64,000 bases of DNA from Phoronis australis. Lineage: Eukaryota; Animalia; Phoronida. Shown here in pieces: positions 63,901 through 64,000 of this stretch. The first letter of the stretch is position 1, and each line of letters opens with the position of its first letter. The DNA lies in contig NMRA01000152.1 in NCBI GenBank assembly GCA_002633005.1, positions 298,594 to 362,593 of the forward strand, in the 5' to 3' direction. The position numbers and the translations under genes were made by a program. The notes under the pieces were generated by a model, which ran no database searches, was not told where the DNA came from, and was given only the letters and a program-made list of their open reading frames with translations.

Positions 63901-64000
63901 CACAAACACGGCCCAAATAACATCCTTAGATTATAGAAAATACTACGAGCTGCTTCCTGAATACAAAATGTCACGTAGTTGCAAACTTAGGACAAAAGAA

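Overview
AT-rich eukaryotic (metazoan, probably invertebrate) draft-genome window with GT-AG introns, one long N-gap and five single-N scaffold joins. Host-like genes: a spliced, signal-anchored DxD-motif protein resembling a GT-A glycosyltransferase (+, 6315-9081), the last three coding exons of an RGK-family (Rad/Rem/Gem) small GTPase (-, 47082-52164), and two long orphan ORFs (34358-35305, 36643-37872). The centre holds a ~9.9 kb two-gene PIF/Harbinger transposon (24376-34268) with TIRs, arrays of a 15-bp subterminal motif, a spliced DDE transposase carrying one frameshift, and a convergent spliced Myb/SANT gene. The rest is a mosaic of TE remnants: RTE-X-like LINEs, two Penelope-like families carrying minimal hammerhead-ribozyme motifs, a THAP-bearing Kolobok-like element, an Academ-like remnant, a BEL/Pao fragment and many MITEs. 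I see no prokaryotic-type system (CRISPR, operon, rRNA or tRNA gene). Family names come from remembered motifs, not database searches. I cannot claim a new biological system; the best leads are the ribozyme motifs, the Harbinger target and binding-site architecture, the 5-bp-TSD elements and the uncharacterised ORFs.
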